A stretch of DNA of 64,000 bases from Bacteroidales bacterium (GTDB taxonomy: Bacteria > Bacteroidota > Bacteroidia > Bacteroidales > DTGW01): contig JBMFQE010000001.1 in the NCBI GenBank assembly GCA_049968755.1, positions 75,883 to 139,882 on the forward strand. The letters run 5' to 3'. Shown here one piece after another: positions 38,192-47,544 of this stretch. A program made the translations under genes and the position numbers. Under the pieces are notes generated by a model that worked only from the letters and a program-made list of their open reading frames with translations, was not told where the DNA came from and ran no database searches. The stretch's first letter is position 1, and the number at the start of each line of letters is the position of its first letter.

Positions 38192-38698
38192 ATGACACTC
38201 GTTGAATTTCAAACTCAGCTGGTAAGTCTTGAAAGCAGTCTTGAACGTTTTGCTTATAGTCTTACATTGAACCGAGAAGATGCCCGCGACCTGGTACAGG
38301 AGACTTTTTTGAAAGCGCTGATGTATAGGGATAAATTTATACATAACGATAATTTTAAGGCCTGGATTTATACGATAATGAAAAATACTTTTATAAACAA
38401 CTATCGTCGCACTATACGTCAGAATACGCACAGGGATCAAACGAAGGAAGGTTATTATCTTAGCCATCCGCAGGCCAGTGGCTACGATGATCCAGCATCC
38501 TCCTTGTCGACTAAAGAGCTGGAAGAGTCGATGCAAAAGTTAGAGGACGATTTGCGGATCCCCCTTCAGCTACATCATGCAGGCTTTAAGTACAAAGAAA
38601 TTGCAGAAATGTTAAATTTAAACATAGGCACCGTAAAAAGTCGTATCTTCTTTTCACGTAAAAAATTGATGGAACAGCTGAAGGATTATGCGGCATAA
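38192..38698 (+). CDS. ECF-type RNA polymerase sigma-70 factor
   Basis: Region 2 (DARDLVQETFLKA...WIYTIMKNTFIN) and region 4 HTH (YKEIAEMLNLNIGTVKSRIFFSRKKL). Confidence 0.85.
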   Translation: MTLVEFQTQLVSLESSLERFAYSLTLNREDARDLVQETFLKALMYRDKFIHNDNFKAWIYTIMKNTFINNYRRTIRQNTHRDQTKEGYYLSHPQASGYDDPASSLSTKELEESMQKLEDDLRIPLQLHHAGFKYKEIAEMLNLNIGTVKSRIFFSRKKLMEQLKDYAA

Positions 38699-38720
38699 AT
38701 AAAGAGTCAGTTTTTCTAAA

Positions 38721-38749
38721 AGAACCTCCTGGTGAGGTTCTTTTTTTTT
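38721..38749 (+). terminator. Intrinsic terminator after the sigma factor gene
   Basis: AGAACCTC-ctggt-GAGGTTCT followed by T9. Confidence 0.8.
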
Positions 38750-38785
38750 GTGAGATTTTTGACACATAATTCTGTGAAAGTGCTA

Positions 38786-38793
38786 CTATCTTT
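38786..38793 (+). promoter_or_regulatory. -7 promoter box TATCTTTG
   Basis: TAnnTTTG match 36 nt upstream of the ATG at 38829. Confidence 0.4.
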
Positions 38794-38828
38794 GCGACTG
38801 TATATTTCTCAAAATTGAACCAGTAAGT

Positions 38829-39440
38829 ATGAAAGAGTTTGATTTGAAAGCCCGCACATGGGACGACAACCCTGTGCATCACGAACGTTCCGAGGCTATT
38901 GCTTCAAAAATCCTTGATCAAATAAGGGTTGAACCAACCATGATTGCGCTTGAATGGGGTGCAGGAACAGGAGTATTAAGCTTTTTGCTGAAGGATAAAT
39001 TTAGGAAAATCATCCTTATGGACAGCTCGCCCGAAATGGTCAGGGTTAGCCAGGAAAAAATACTACAGCACAAGGTAACCAATCTTTTCCCGGTGTATTG
39101 TAATCTTGAGAAAGAGAATTATCAGACTGAAGCTTTTGATGTAATATTTTCGCAGATGGTATTTCATCACATTTCCGATGTGGGAGCTGTGGCCCGAAAA
39201 CTTTATGGTATGTTAAAAGAGGGGGGGTATATTGCCATTGCCGATCTTTATCCGGAAGACGGTAGTTTTCATGGAGAACATTTTGATGGGCACAAGGGGT
39301 TTGATCCAGTGTCATTTAGCAATATCTTTCAATTGGCAGGGTTTAAGGAACTGCAACATGAGACCTGCTACACCATACGGCGAAAAACCGAGGATGGGCA
39401 ACAGGCATATCCGGTTTTTCTTATGATTGGGAGGAAATGA
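38829..39440 (+). CDS. Class I SAM-dependent methyltransferase
   Basis: SAM motif I LEWGAGTGVLSFLL and Rossmann-like spacing of later motifs. Confidence 0.75.
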   Translation: MKEFDLKARTWDDNPVHHERSEAIASKILDQIRVEPTMIALEWGAGTGVLSFLLKDKFRKIILMDSSPEMVRVSQEKILQHKVTNLFPVYCNLEKENYQTEAFDVIFSQMVFHHISDVGAVARKLYGMLKEGGYIAIADLYPEDGSFHGEHFDGHKGFDPVSFSNIFQLAGFKELQHETCYTIRRKTEDGQQAYPVFLMIGRK

Positions 39441-40205
39441 CTATTGTAAAACGAATCGGTAGGTGATAGTTCCTTTCTGCACTGTGCTTTTCGGATTGGT
39501 GCTAAATTTTGATGCCAAAGCGGCTTCTCTGGCAATTTGAAGAAGGTATTCATCGAGGGTAGTAGAACCTTTTACACCAGCTACGGCATTAATAACATTG
39601 CCATTGGGATCTACTGTAATTTCGACGACTACCTTACCGGATGTTTGGAAATTACCACGGGGTTTGATCAATGAAACGGGAGCACGACCTTCAAGACTAA
39701 ACGAGATTCCATCGCCTATGCCGGCTCCTATGCCTTTGCCCTTGCCGGTACCCTCTCCTTCACCAACACCAGAGCCCTGTTCTCCTGAGGTGCCAAAATT
39801 GCCAGCATTTTCGGCACTTTCGGACGGGTTACGTTTTTTAAACAAGGCTTTTTCATTAACAACAGGTTGAGACGGTTCTGACTTGGTTTTCTGAACCTCT
39901 TTTTTATCGGTTTTTGCAGGCTCAACCTTTTGCAAAGCATCGGCCTCTTCGTAATCCTGCGTAAGAATATCCTCCGGCTTTTCTTGCGAAGTAACAACTT
40001 CAGGGGTAGGGGGATTTTCCTCGGCTAATCCATAACCCAGGCTAACCTCAAGCCCCAAACCCTGTCCGCCCTCTTCGGGATAGGGGGGGATCGGAGTACG
40101 GAAGTGCACCCACAGCAGTATTATTAGGATTACTCCCAATACTGCCAAAGTAGCCGTTGTGGCCTTTATTTTATGTTCTGCTCCTAAATACATACGTTCA
40201 GGCAT
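39441..40205 (-). CDS. tonB: TonB-family energy transducer (second copy; Gly-rich linker)
   Basis: N-terminal TM segment, a Pro/Glu-rich and GxGxG linker, and a C-terminal TonB-like domain (GKVVVEITVDPNGNVINAVAGVKGST). Confidence 0.8.
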   Translation of the reverse strand: MPERMYLGAEHKIKATTATLAVLGVILIILLWVHFRTPIPPYPEEGGQGLGLEVSLGYGLAEENPPTPEVVTSQEKPEDILTQDYEEADALQKVEPAKTDKKEVQKTKSEPSQPVVNEKALFKKRNPSESAENAGNFGTSGEQGSGVGEGEGTGKGKGIGAGIGDGISFSLEGRAPVSLIKPRGNFQTSGKVVVEITVDPNGNVINAVAGVKGSTTLDEYLLQIAREAALASKFSTNPKSTVQKGTITYRFVLQ

Positions 40206-40599
40206 TAGGCGCTTTGGTGGCCAGTATCATTCTTATCTTGAGCTTATTGCCTATTTGCAGCACATTGATCAGTTCTTGCACCGGAACATCCTTATCACAG
40301 CGAATCACCACAGTGGCTTTTTCGGGGTCGGGAACTTTACGGGCAAGCTCAGCTTCAAGATTTTCAAATGAAACCTGCTGATTGTTAATATAATATTGAT
40401 GCGTGTTGGTAATAGAAATGGAAACCTCGGTTTTTCGTACCGTTTGATGGTATTTCGAGCTGGGCAGGGTAAGCTTAATTACGCTGGGACTTATCATCGT
40501 GCTGGTAATCAGGAAGAAGAGCATCAAAAAAAACATAATATCGCTTAGTGAGGAGGTGCTCACTTCTGCCCTGAATTTATCTTTTTTTCTAAGGTTCAT
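40198..40599 (-). CDS. exbD: ExbD/TolR family protein
   Basis: 133 aa, with the SLSDIMFFLMLFFLI TM motif. Confidence 0.85.
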   Translation of the reverse strand: MNLRKKDKFRAEVSTSSLSDIMFFLMLFFLITSTMISPSVIKLTLPSSKYHQTVRKTEVSISITNTHQYYINNQQVSFENLEAELARKVPDPEKATVVIRCDKDVPVQELINVLQIGNKLKIRMILATKAPNA

Positions 40600-40606
40600 A
40601 TGCCAA

Positions 40607-41302
40607 TTATTTTACAGGCTCCTGCAACAGATCGATAAAGTTCATAGCATTCAACTCGAGCTTATGGACGACCTTTTCTATTTTCATGTTAAGCCAGTGG
40701 TAAAACACATAGGCAATAATGCCTACCAGCAAACCGGCAGCACTGGTAACCATTTTCTCGTAAAGTCCGCCGGCAATAAGACCGATGCTAATGTTATCGG
40801 CCAGCGAAATATTGTAAAAGATGCGAATAATACCTGCTATGGTTCCAATAAACCCAAACATAGGGGCTACTCCGGCTATCACCCCTAGGATTACCATATT
40901 TTTTTCGAGATTATAAACTTCGAATTTACCCACAATTTCGATAGAGTCTTCAATTTCCTTTATGGGTCGTCCCAGCCGTTTGATACCTTTTTCAATCATT
41001 CGGGCCACTGGCCGGTCGGTTGAAGCACATAGATTGAGTGCTGCTTCAATTTTTCCCTCATGGATATAGTCCTTGATACGGTCGATGAAATTTTCCTCAA
41101 ATTGGGAGGCTTTGCGAATAGCAAAATAGCGTTCAAAGAAGACATACACGGCTACCACTGCGAGTAATGCAATGGGAAGCATTAACCATCCGCCTTTTAA
41201 AGCTAACTCCCAAAGCGACATGGTAGATTCGGTGGGTAAGGTTGCAGGCTGAGCTGCTCCACCGGTAACATTAATCTGCAGAAAAACCCCTAATCCATTC
41301 AT
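40607..41302 (-). CDS. exbB: MotA/TolQ/ExbB proton-channel protein
   Basis: Conserved C-terminal motif (GVAPMFGFIGTIAGIIRIF...GGLYEKMVTSAAGLLVGI). The first ATG is at 41302. Confidence 0.88.
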   Translation of the reverse strand: MNGLGVFLQINVTGGAAQPATLPTESTMSLWELALKGGWLMLPIALLAVVAVYVFFERYFAIRKASQFEENFIDRIKDYIHEGKIEAALNLCASTDRPVARMIEKGIKRLGRPIKEIEDSIEIVGKFEVYNLEKNMVILGVIAGVAPMFGFIGTIAGIIRIFYNISLADNISIGLIAGGLYEKMVTSAAGLLVGIIAYVFYHWLNMKIEKVVHKLELNAMNFIDLLQEPVK

Positions 41303-41491
41303 GAAATTTATTTTTTCGAAGTTTGCAAACAAAAATACACGTAATATTTTATCCTAACAAAGTATTTTTAAAGGCTTCCTTTTTTCACTACCTGGTAAAT
41401 AATAGGTGCTTTGTCAGAAATCATGTTCACTTTTTTCATCCATCATAATGGTTCCATAGAGCTTAAGCCGACAGAAAAATAGTCTGTCCAT

Positions 41492-44400
41492 TTAATTGTT
41501 TTTTACAGATGGTTTTGCTGGCAGCGTATCAGTTTCGTTTTGCTTTTGTTTGAAATATCGTCGTGTCAGTTCTTTCAAGTTAGAAAACTCTTCGCGATAA
41601 ATAATTCCGATACCCCGGGTGTAAATATCGTCCTGAAAATAAAGGATGTCATTGGATCGGTTGAAAGCTTTAAGGCTAAGCCGATCGGTGAGGCGGTATT
41701 CGACATTGACATCTCCTAAAAGTGTTGTCGACTGGCCAGCTGCGGTATTTGTTGCCGATTGTCCAATGATATCGATGCTGCTATTGATAGACATTCGGTT
41801 GTTGAGCAATTGGGTCGAAAGGGCTATTTCAAGGTCTTCGTTGGAATAAACCTGATCGCCGGGCCGATAGCTTACACCAATATCGAAGTCTTTATTGAGG
41901 TTCGATATCCAGCTGCTCAGCTGGCTCGATAGCAGTTCCAGAGATGTGGTAGCTGCTACATCTACACCGAGGTTTGACTCTTGTAGTTTTGTTTGGAGGC
42001 TGCCAGTAGTAGTTGGCAAGAAATTGTTTAATAGCAGCAAGGCCAGAAATTGCTGGCTCATTTCCTGCTCTGAATTAATAACGCTGCGCACTCTGCTTTT
42101 AGTTTCTTCGGTTGCGTTGGGCAAATCGATGCTTAAGCGAATATTAGGTTCCATCAAACGGCCGGTTAAAAAGAGCTGACAATCGACCGGAATACGTTGA
42201 CGGTATTCAAGGTTCGACTCGCCAAAAAGGTTGTACAGGGGGGCCCGGGTATGATATACTGCGGTAACATCGACGTTGGCATCGGTGGGCCGTCCATTGA
42301 AGTAAATCGTACTGTTGCTTTGAATCTCAAATTTCTTATTCATCAGATTGTTCATTGTGAAATTGTACAACCCTTCGGTAAATGTGTATTGGCCGCGTAT
42401 GGAAAAGTTTCCTGCGCGGTCGATTTCGAATTTGAGATTTCCTGTGCCGCGGCCTTTTAACATATCCCCATTTTGAGCGCTGAGTAAAAGTTGAATTTCA
42501 GCTTGGGGGGTTACTTCGAGGTCCATGTTAAGCAGTAACTTGCTTTGTTTCTGGAGTATTGCGGATAAATTTTCGTTTGTGGCCGTTTCTTTTTTATCCA
42601 TCACAGGCGATACAAATTGTATGAAATCGTTATTTCCGGAATAGAAAGTTTGTCCGAGGGCTACCAGAACAATCGAATTTTCCTCAGTTTTGCCCTCTGT
42701 TACGTTTACGGTAATAAAATCGCCGCTGCTGTATATATGGATTTTTCCTGAGGCAAAGGCTTTACCATAAAATGGCAAATCATCGGGTGCTGATTTGTTA
42801 AAGACCAGATTATTGTCGGCCACCAGTGTTAAATCTATTATAAAGTTTTTCAGGTATTTGTTGCGAAGCTGACCATTTAAGCGAAGGGGATGCTGATATT
42901 CGTCGTATAGCGTAAAATTTTTGAATTGAAAGGTATTATGATCGATAAGCAGGGTATTTGAAAAGGTGTAAGATGTGTGCAAGGGAATAAGCTGCAGGCG
43001 GGCATCCTTAATTTCTATTTTTCCATTCAGTACTGGTTTAGAAGCTTCGTCGGACAGGTGAATGCGCCCTGCTACATTTCCCTTGTTTATCTTAAAAGTA
43101 GAGGAAACAATGGGTTCAATAATTTTTAGGGTAACTTCATTAAAATTTATATCAAACTGATAGCCGCTTCGCAAAGGATAGAAATTACCGGTTGCCATCA
43201 GACGGGCAAGGGTATCGGTAGAATTAAGTTGAATTTTCACCGCTTCATTGGACGGATCCCATAGCGCAGTGATTACAACATTTCCAAGCTCGGCCTGATT
43301 GATGGCCAGCGAACGAACCGACAGGTTGCCTACAATATTCCGTTGTTGATAAAAATCGTTAATGATAAGAAGACCATCAACCTTACCAGCAAATCGGAAA
43401 TTTTGAGATTGTAACAGATAATTTAAAAAATTCAAATCAAGATTTTGAAAGGCAATTTGTAAGGAATCGCCTGGACGCTTAGAAATTTGTCCATTGATAG
43501 TAATATTACTTTCCTGATGATTGAGCCGGAAATGATTTATGAATAGCGCCATAGTGTCGAGTGTTAGCGACGTTCCGGCTAATGTCCATGGTTCGCCGCG
43601 AATAAATATCTCGGAGGGTTCAACAGCTATATTTGCTACGAGCTTATTGTTTTCGAAAGCAATGCTATCGGCTTTGAAGCGAATTCCATTGACGTGAGCA
43701 AGCGAATCGTACCATGCCACATATAGTTGAGCACTTTGATAATTCAGATTGAACGAGGACGATAGTCGAGCAAAAGGCATTTGTTCCCCTACATGCACTG
43801 ATGTTGATGTTAGGGTTACCGATAGGGTAGAGTCGAACGAATTGATTTTAAAAATGGGCTGTTCGAAATGCAACGTTTTAAACTGAAAGTAATCAGTTGA
43901 AGCATTTAAGTCCAGTGTACCCTTCATAGGGCTGAAGGTACCCGAAAGGGAAGTACTATCGGCAATTTTAATGGCAGGATAGAAAAAGTCGAAGAAAGGC
44001 TGCGCATGTTTTAAAAGAATGGCAAAAGTAAAATCGTTGCCTTCCATGGCATGGTTATCAACCTTAATGGAAGGAATATATTGTTTGATCAGAGCCATAA
44101 ACCCTTTAGCCAATGTGCCAATGCGATACTTTCCTTTTACCGTCATGTTGAATAAGTCGCTGGATATGATGGTTGCCTGTATGTGCTCGTTGTTAAAAGC
44201 TTGTACTTCAATATTTTTAATTTTAAGGGTGCTTCGCCTATTGGCTATCGTAAGGTTGCTGATGTCGATGTTGCCGTCAAATTCGCTAATACTATTACCC
44301 GTAAAATTGGCTTCAACGTTTGCCTGGACATGACGAATACTATCGTTGGGAAGGATGTGAAACGAAAAAAGATTAACTTTTTTTATTTGAGCGGAGAAAT

Positions 44401-45967
44401 TAAAAGACGGAAAACTATCGAGCAGGCTGTATCGTCCCGAGGACTCTATTTGAAGGTTAGGGTCGTCAATTATGGCCTTTCCCTGAAATACGCTATTTTC
44501 GATAATTCCTTGTGCAGCTAGGTTGTGTAGGGGATAACCATTGATAGAGGTACTAAATATGTTGAGTGTAATATTGCCATTAATATTTTTGCCTTTTACA
44601 AGGTTACCCTGTGCTGAGAGTGTCAGGTGTGTAGGCCCTATGAGTTCGCTTTGTCCGATTAACTCGCCAATTTTAAGCTGAATTGCCTCGAGGGATCCAT
44701 TGTAGGCAATATTTGCTTTGCGGGACGGTTTTAAAGCAATATCGATTTTTAGCGTACCCACAGACGACTGCAGGGTACCGAAGGCAACAAAATCGGAGAG
44801 GAATCCGGTAAAATTTCCCTTGAAATTAAAACGATCCAGTCGCTTAATTACTTCGGGCAATTGAATGGAATCGGCAGAAAATGTGTTTAAGATTCGTTGT
44901 ACTTCGACAGTAGTAGTCCGCATTTCCTTTACATCGAGGTACAAATAGGGTTCGCTTATTTCGGGGATGTGGGTATAATGGACGCTTCCCTTAAAATAAT
45001 TGTCATCGTTGGTAAATAGCATCAAATTTTTAATCTTTAGGTCGTTCATATTACCTTTGGCTCCACCACTAATTTTAACGCTCAGATTTCGTCCTTTCCA
45101 ATTGGGTAAAAAATACCCTATTTCGTTAAGGTTTATTTTCGACAGGTTCAAAACGCCTGTCATAGGTAACTGCTCAAAGGGAAGTGATTTGGAAAGATCG
45201 AATGAGAGCAATTTAATATCGATATCCGAGGCAGGAGTTACTATGCTAAGCTTACTGATTTGAAAGGTTTCGTGTTTTTTATAGGTAACATCCGCGCTCA
45301 AATTTAGCAGACTGAAGCCTGTATGGGCGTTGAACCCAAGCCTATTGATGCGTCCTTCAATGGTATTTTTTCCCAATAACAAATTTTTTATCCGTAGTAC
45401 TACTCCTGAAAGCCTGTTGCTTTGCCATGCCAACAATTGCGTATTGTACCGGAAACCATCCATATAAATTTCAGCATTTTCAAGGGATACATTTCGAAAC
45501 TTATATTGCCATCCGGGGGTATTTGCTGTTGTCAGCGTATCGGCAGAGGACATCGAATTAATTAGCTTTTCCCAGTTAAGTTTTCCATCGGCTTGTTGTT
45601 TCAGGAAAATTTTGGGCTGGTTGAGTTGGACCTGATTAAAAACCAGCTGGCGGTGATTGAAAAATACTGCATGTAAATCGACCACAAGCTCAGGGGCATA
45701 CAGGAGCGTATCGTGTAAAGAATCAGCAATGACGAGTTTGTTAATTAACAGCTTATGAAAAAAAGTGTAATGTACCTTCTCAAAACCGATGATCATACCC
45801 GTACGGTGAGCAAAACGGGTGGCTATTTTTCGTGAAATGGTCTGCTGGAAGTTAGAATTTTGAAGTAATAACAGGGAAGCAAATGGGACAAAAAACAGAA
45901 AACCGAAAAAGTATATCAACCACGAGAGCGAGTTTCGAGGGGCAGAGATATTCGGTTTTTCAGTCAT
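41492..45967 (-). CDS. tamB: Translocation and assembly module protein TamB-like (DUF490)
   Basis: 1491 aa, with an N-terminal membrane anchor, a long beta-rich body and a C-terminal DUF490-like region. Confidence 0.75.
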   Translation of the reverse strand: MTEKPNISAPRNSLSWLIYFFGFLFFVPFASLLLLQNSNFQQTISRKIATRFAHRTGMIIGFEKVHYTFFHKLLINKLVIADSLHDTLLYAPELVVDLHAVFFNHRQLVFNQVQLNQPKIFLKQQADGKLNWEKLINSMSSADTLTTANTPGWQYKFRNVSLENAEIYMDGFRYNTQLLAWQSNRLSGVVLRIKNLLLGKNTIEGRINRLGFNAHTGFSLLNLSADVTYKKHETFQISKLSIVTPASDIDIKLLSFDLSKSLPFEQLPMTGVLNLSKINLNEIGYFLPNWKGRNLSVKISGGAKGNMNDLKIKNLMLFTNDDNYFKGSVHYTHIPEISEPYLYLDVKEMRTTTVEVQRILNTFSADSIQLPEVIKRLDRFNFKGNFTGFLSDFVAFGTLQSSVGTLKIDIALKPSRKANIAYNGSLEAIQLKIGELIGQSELIGPTHLTLSAQGNLVKGKNINGNITLNIFSTSINGYPLHNLAAQGIIENSVFQGKAIIDDPNLQIESSGRYSLLDSFPSFNFSAQIKKVNLFSFHILPNDSIRHVQANVEANFTGNSISEFDGNIDISNLTIANRRSTLKIKNIEVQAFNNEHIQATIISSDLFNMTVKGKYRIGTLAKGFMALIKQYIPSIKVDNHAMEGNDFTFAILLKHAQPFFDFFYPAIKIADSTSLSGTFSPMKGTLDLNASTDYFQFKTLHFEQPIFKINSFDSTLSVTLTSTSVHVGEQMPFARLSSSFNLNYQSAQLYVAWYDSLAHVNGIRFKADSIAFENNKLVANIAVEPSEIFIRGEPWTLAGTSLTLDTMALFINHFRLNHQESNITINGQISKRPGDSLQIAFQNLDLNFLNYLLQSQNFRFAGKVDGLLIINDFYQQRNIVGNLSVRSLAINQAELGNVVITALWDPSNEAVKIQLNSTDTLARLMATGNFYPLRSGYQFDINFNEVTLKIIEPIVSSTFKINKGNVAGRIHLSDEASKPVLNGKIEIKDARLQLIPLHTSYTFSNTLLIDHNTFQFKNFTLYDEYQHPLRLNGQLRNKYLKNFIIDLTLVADNNLVFNKSAPDDLPFYGKAFASGKIHIYSSGDFITVNVTEGKTEENSIVLVALGQTFYSGNNDFIQFVSPVMDKKETATNENLSAILQKQSKLLLNMDLEVTPQAEIQLLLSAQNGDMLKGRGTGNLKFEIDRAGNFSIRGQYTFTEGLYNFTMNNLMNKKFEIQSNSTIYFNGRPTDANVDVTAVYHTRAPLYNLFGESNLEYRQRIPVDCQLFLTGRLMEPNIRLSIDLPNATEETKSRVRSVINSEQEMSQQFLALLLLNNFLPTTTGSLQTKLQESNLGVDVAATTSLELLSSQLSSWISNLNKDFDIGVSYRPGDQVYSNEDLEIALSTQLLNNRMSINSSIDIIGQSATNTAAGQSTTLLGDVNVEYRLTDRLSLKAFNRSNDILYFQDDIYTRGIGIIYREEFSNLKELTRRYFKQKQNETDTLPAKPSVKNN

Positions 45968-46038
45968 AATGATAAGCAGTGATTAGATAAAAACGTATCG
46001 GCTGCTAATTTAGTTTGTAAAATTCATATTTTTCGAAT

Positions 46039-46046
46039 TAAGTTTG
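46039..46046 (+). promoter_or_regulatory. -7 promoter box TAAGTTTG
   Basis: TAnnTTTG match 42-48 nt upstream of the tsaD start. Confidence 0.35.
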
Positions 46047-46093
46047 CACAATCAATTAGGTAGCATTGCATTGGGTTAGCAAAAATTGTGGTG

Positions 46094-47113
46094 ATGGGAA
46101 TCATTATATTAGGCATAGAATCTTCGTGCGATGACACATCGGCTGCCATTGTCGAGGAGGGTTATTTGCTGTCCAATGTTACTGCGAATCAGCAGGTTCA
46201 TGAGGTTTATGGCGGAGTGGTCCCTGAACTTGCTTCAAGGGTTCACCAGCAGCATATTGTACCCGTTGTGGACATGGCTATTAAACAGGCTGGAATCAGG
46301 CTGAAGGACATTTCTGCTGTAGCGTTCACCAGAGGTCCGGGCTTACTGGGTTCGTTATTAGTGGGTACGTCATTTGCCAAAGGTTTTGCCATCGGCTTAA
46401 ATATTCCACTCATCGACGTCAATCACTTACAGGGTCACGTATTAGCCCATTTTATTAAGGAAAAAAATAATGAGTCTGATGAGCCCTCGTTTCCGTTTTT
46501 GTCGTTATTGGTATCTGGTGGGCATACGCAGCTGATTGTAGTCAAGAGCCATCTGGAAATGGAAATTATTGGCCAATCGATCGATGATGCTGCTGGCGAA
46601 GCATTTGATAAGTGTGCCAAAATGATGGGACTTCCTTATCCTGGTGGTCCCGTGATTGATAAACTTGCTCAGCAAGGCGACCCCCATGCCTTTACTTTTG
46701 GAATGCCACAGGTTGCTGATCTTGATTTTAGCTTTTCGGGTCTTAAGACCTCATTCCTGTATTTTTTGAGGGATCGAGTCAAGGAAGAGACTGATTTTAT
46801 TGATAAACACCTGCCCCATCTTTGTGCCTCGTTACAGCGCTCGATAGTGCAAATATTGATGAACAAGCTAATCGAGGCAGCCAGGCTAACGGGTTTAAGT
46901 GAGATAGCGCTGGCTGGAGGGGTAGCCGCCAATTCGGCGCTGCGTAATGCAGTACTGGACGCAGCAGAGCAATATAAATGGAAAGTGTATCTTCCGAAGT
47001 TAGCCTACACTACCGACAATGCTGCCATGATTGCCATTACAGGTTACTATAAGTATCTGGCCGGACAATTTGCTTCCCATAATATTGCCCCAGTTTCGAG
47101 ATTCAGAGATTAA
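46094..47113 (+). CDS. tsaD: tRNA N6-adenosine threonylcarbamoyltransferase
   Basis: ILGIESSCDDTSAAI, VSGGHT and GLPYPGGP motifs. Confidence 0.95.
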   Translation: MGIIILGIESSCDDTSAAIVEEGYLLSNVTANQQVHEVYGGVVPELASRVHQQHIVPVVDMAIKQAGIRLKDISAVAFTRGPGLLGSLLVGTSFAKGFAIGLNIPLIDVNHLQGHVLAHFIKEKNNESDEPSFPFLSLLVSGGHTQLIVVKSHLEMEIIGQSIDDAAGEAFDKCAKMMGLPYPGGPVIDKLAQQGDPHAFTFGMPQVADLDFSFSGLKTSFLYFLRDRVKEETDFIDKHLPHLCASLQRSIVQILMNKLIEAARLTGLSEIALAGGVAANSALRNAVLDAAEQYKWKVYLPKLAYTTDNAAMIAITGYYKYLAGQFASHNIAPVSRFRD

Positions 47114-47130
47114 CTACCCATTATAAACAA

Positions 47131-47159
47131 CATAGGGTATTTCAGATGAATACCCTATG
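47131..47159. terminator. Bidirectional hairpin between convergent genes
   Basis: CATAGGGTAT-ttcagatga-ATACCCTATG, a 10-bp perfect stem. Confidence 0.6.
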
Positions 47160-47205
47160 TAAAAGTTCCTTCACCATTGACAGGTGGGAGGTAGATTATA
47201 AAAAA

Positions 47206-47532
47206 TTATTCCAATTCAATCATGGGATAATTTTTCGGAATACTTTCTCCGGGTTTAACCCTTATTTGCTTGACTATACCATCGGCATGGGCACGAACCC
47301 GGTTCATCATTTTCATTGATTCGAGGATGAGCAGAGTATCTCCGCGCTTAACCTGCTGACCTTCTTCCACCAGCACCTTTTGGACTGTGCCGGGCATAAA
47401 CGAAATAAGTTGTTTTTCGTTCTGAGGCACATAGGGTTTCCGGTTTAGGTATTTTTCGGTAAGCATCGTACGATAATCAGCATCCCATAGCCGGATTACA
47501 CTTAATTCCTTTTTATCTCCTGTATTACTCAT
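47206..47532 (-). CDS. Biotin carboxyl-carrier (biotinyl/lipoyl) domain protein
   Basis: Biotinylation motif LESMKMMN within a barrel-sandwich-size domain. The ATG at 47532 lies 12 nt after the upstream stop. Confidence 0.8.
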   Translation of the reverse strand: MSNTGDKKELSVIRLWDADYRTMLTEKYLNRKPYVPQNEKQLISFMPGTVQKVLVEEGQQVKRGDTLLILESMKMMNRVRAHADGIVKQIRVKPGESIPKNYPMIELE

Positions 47533-47544
47533 ATTTCCTTTCAA

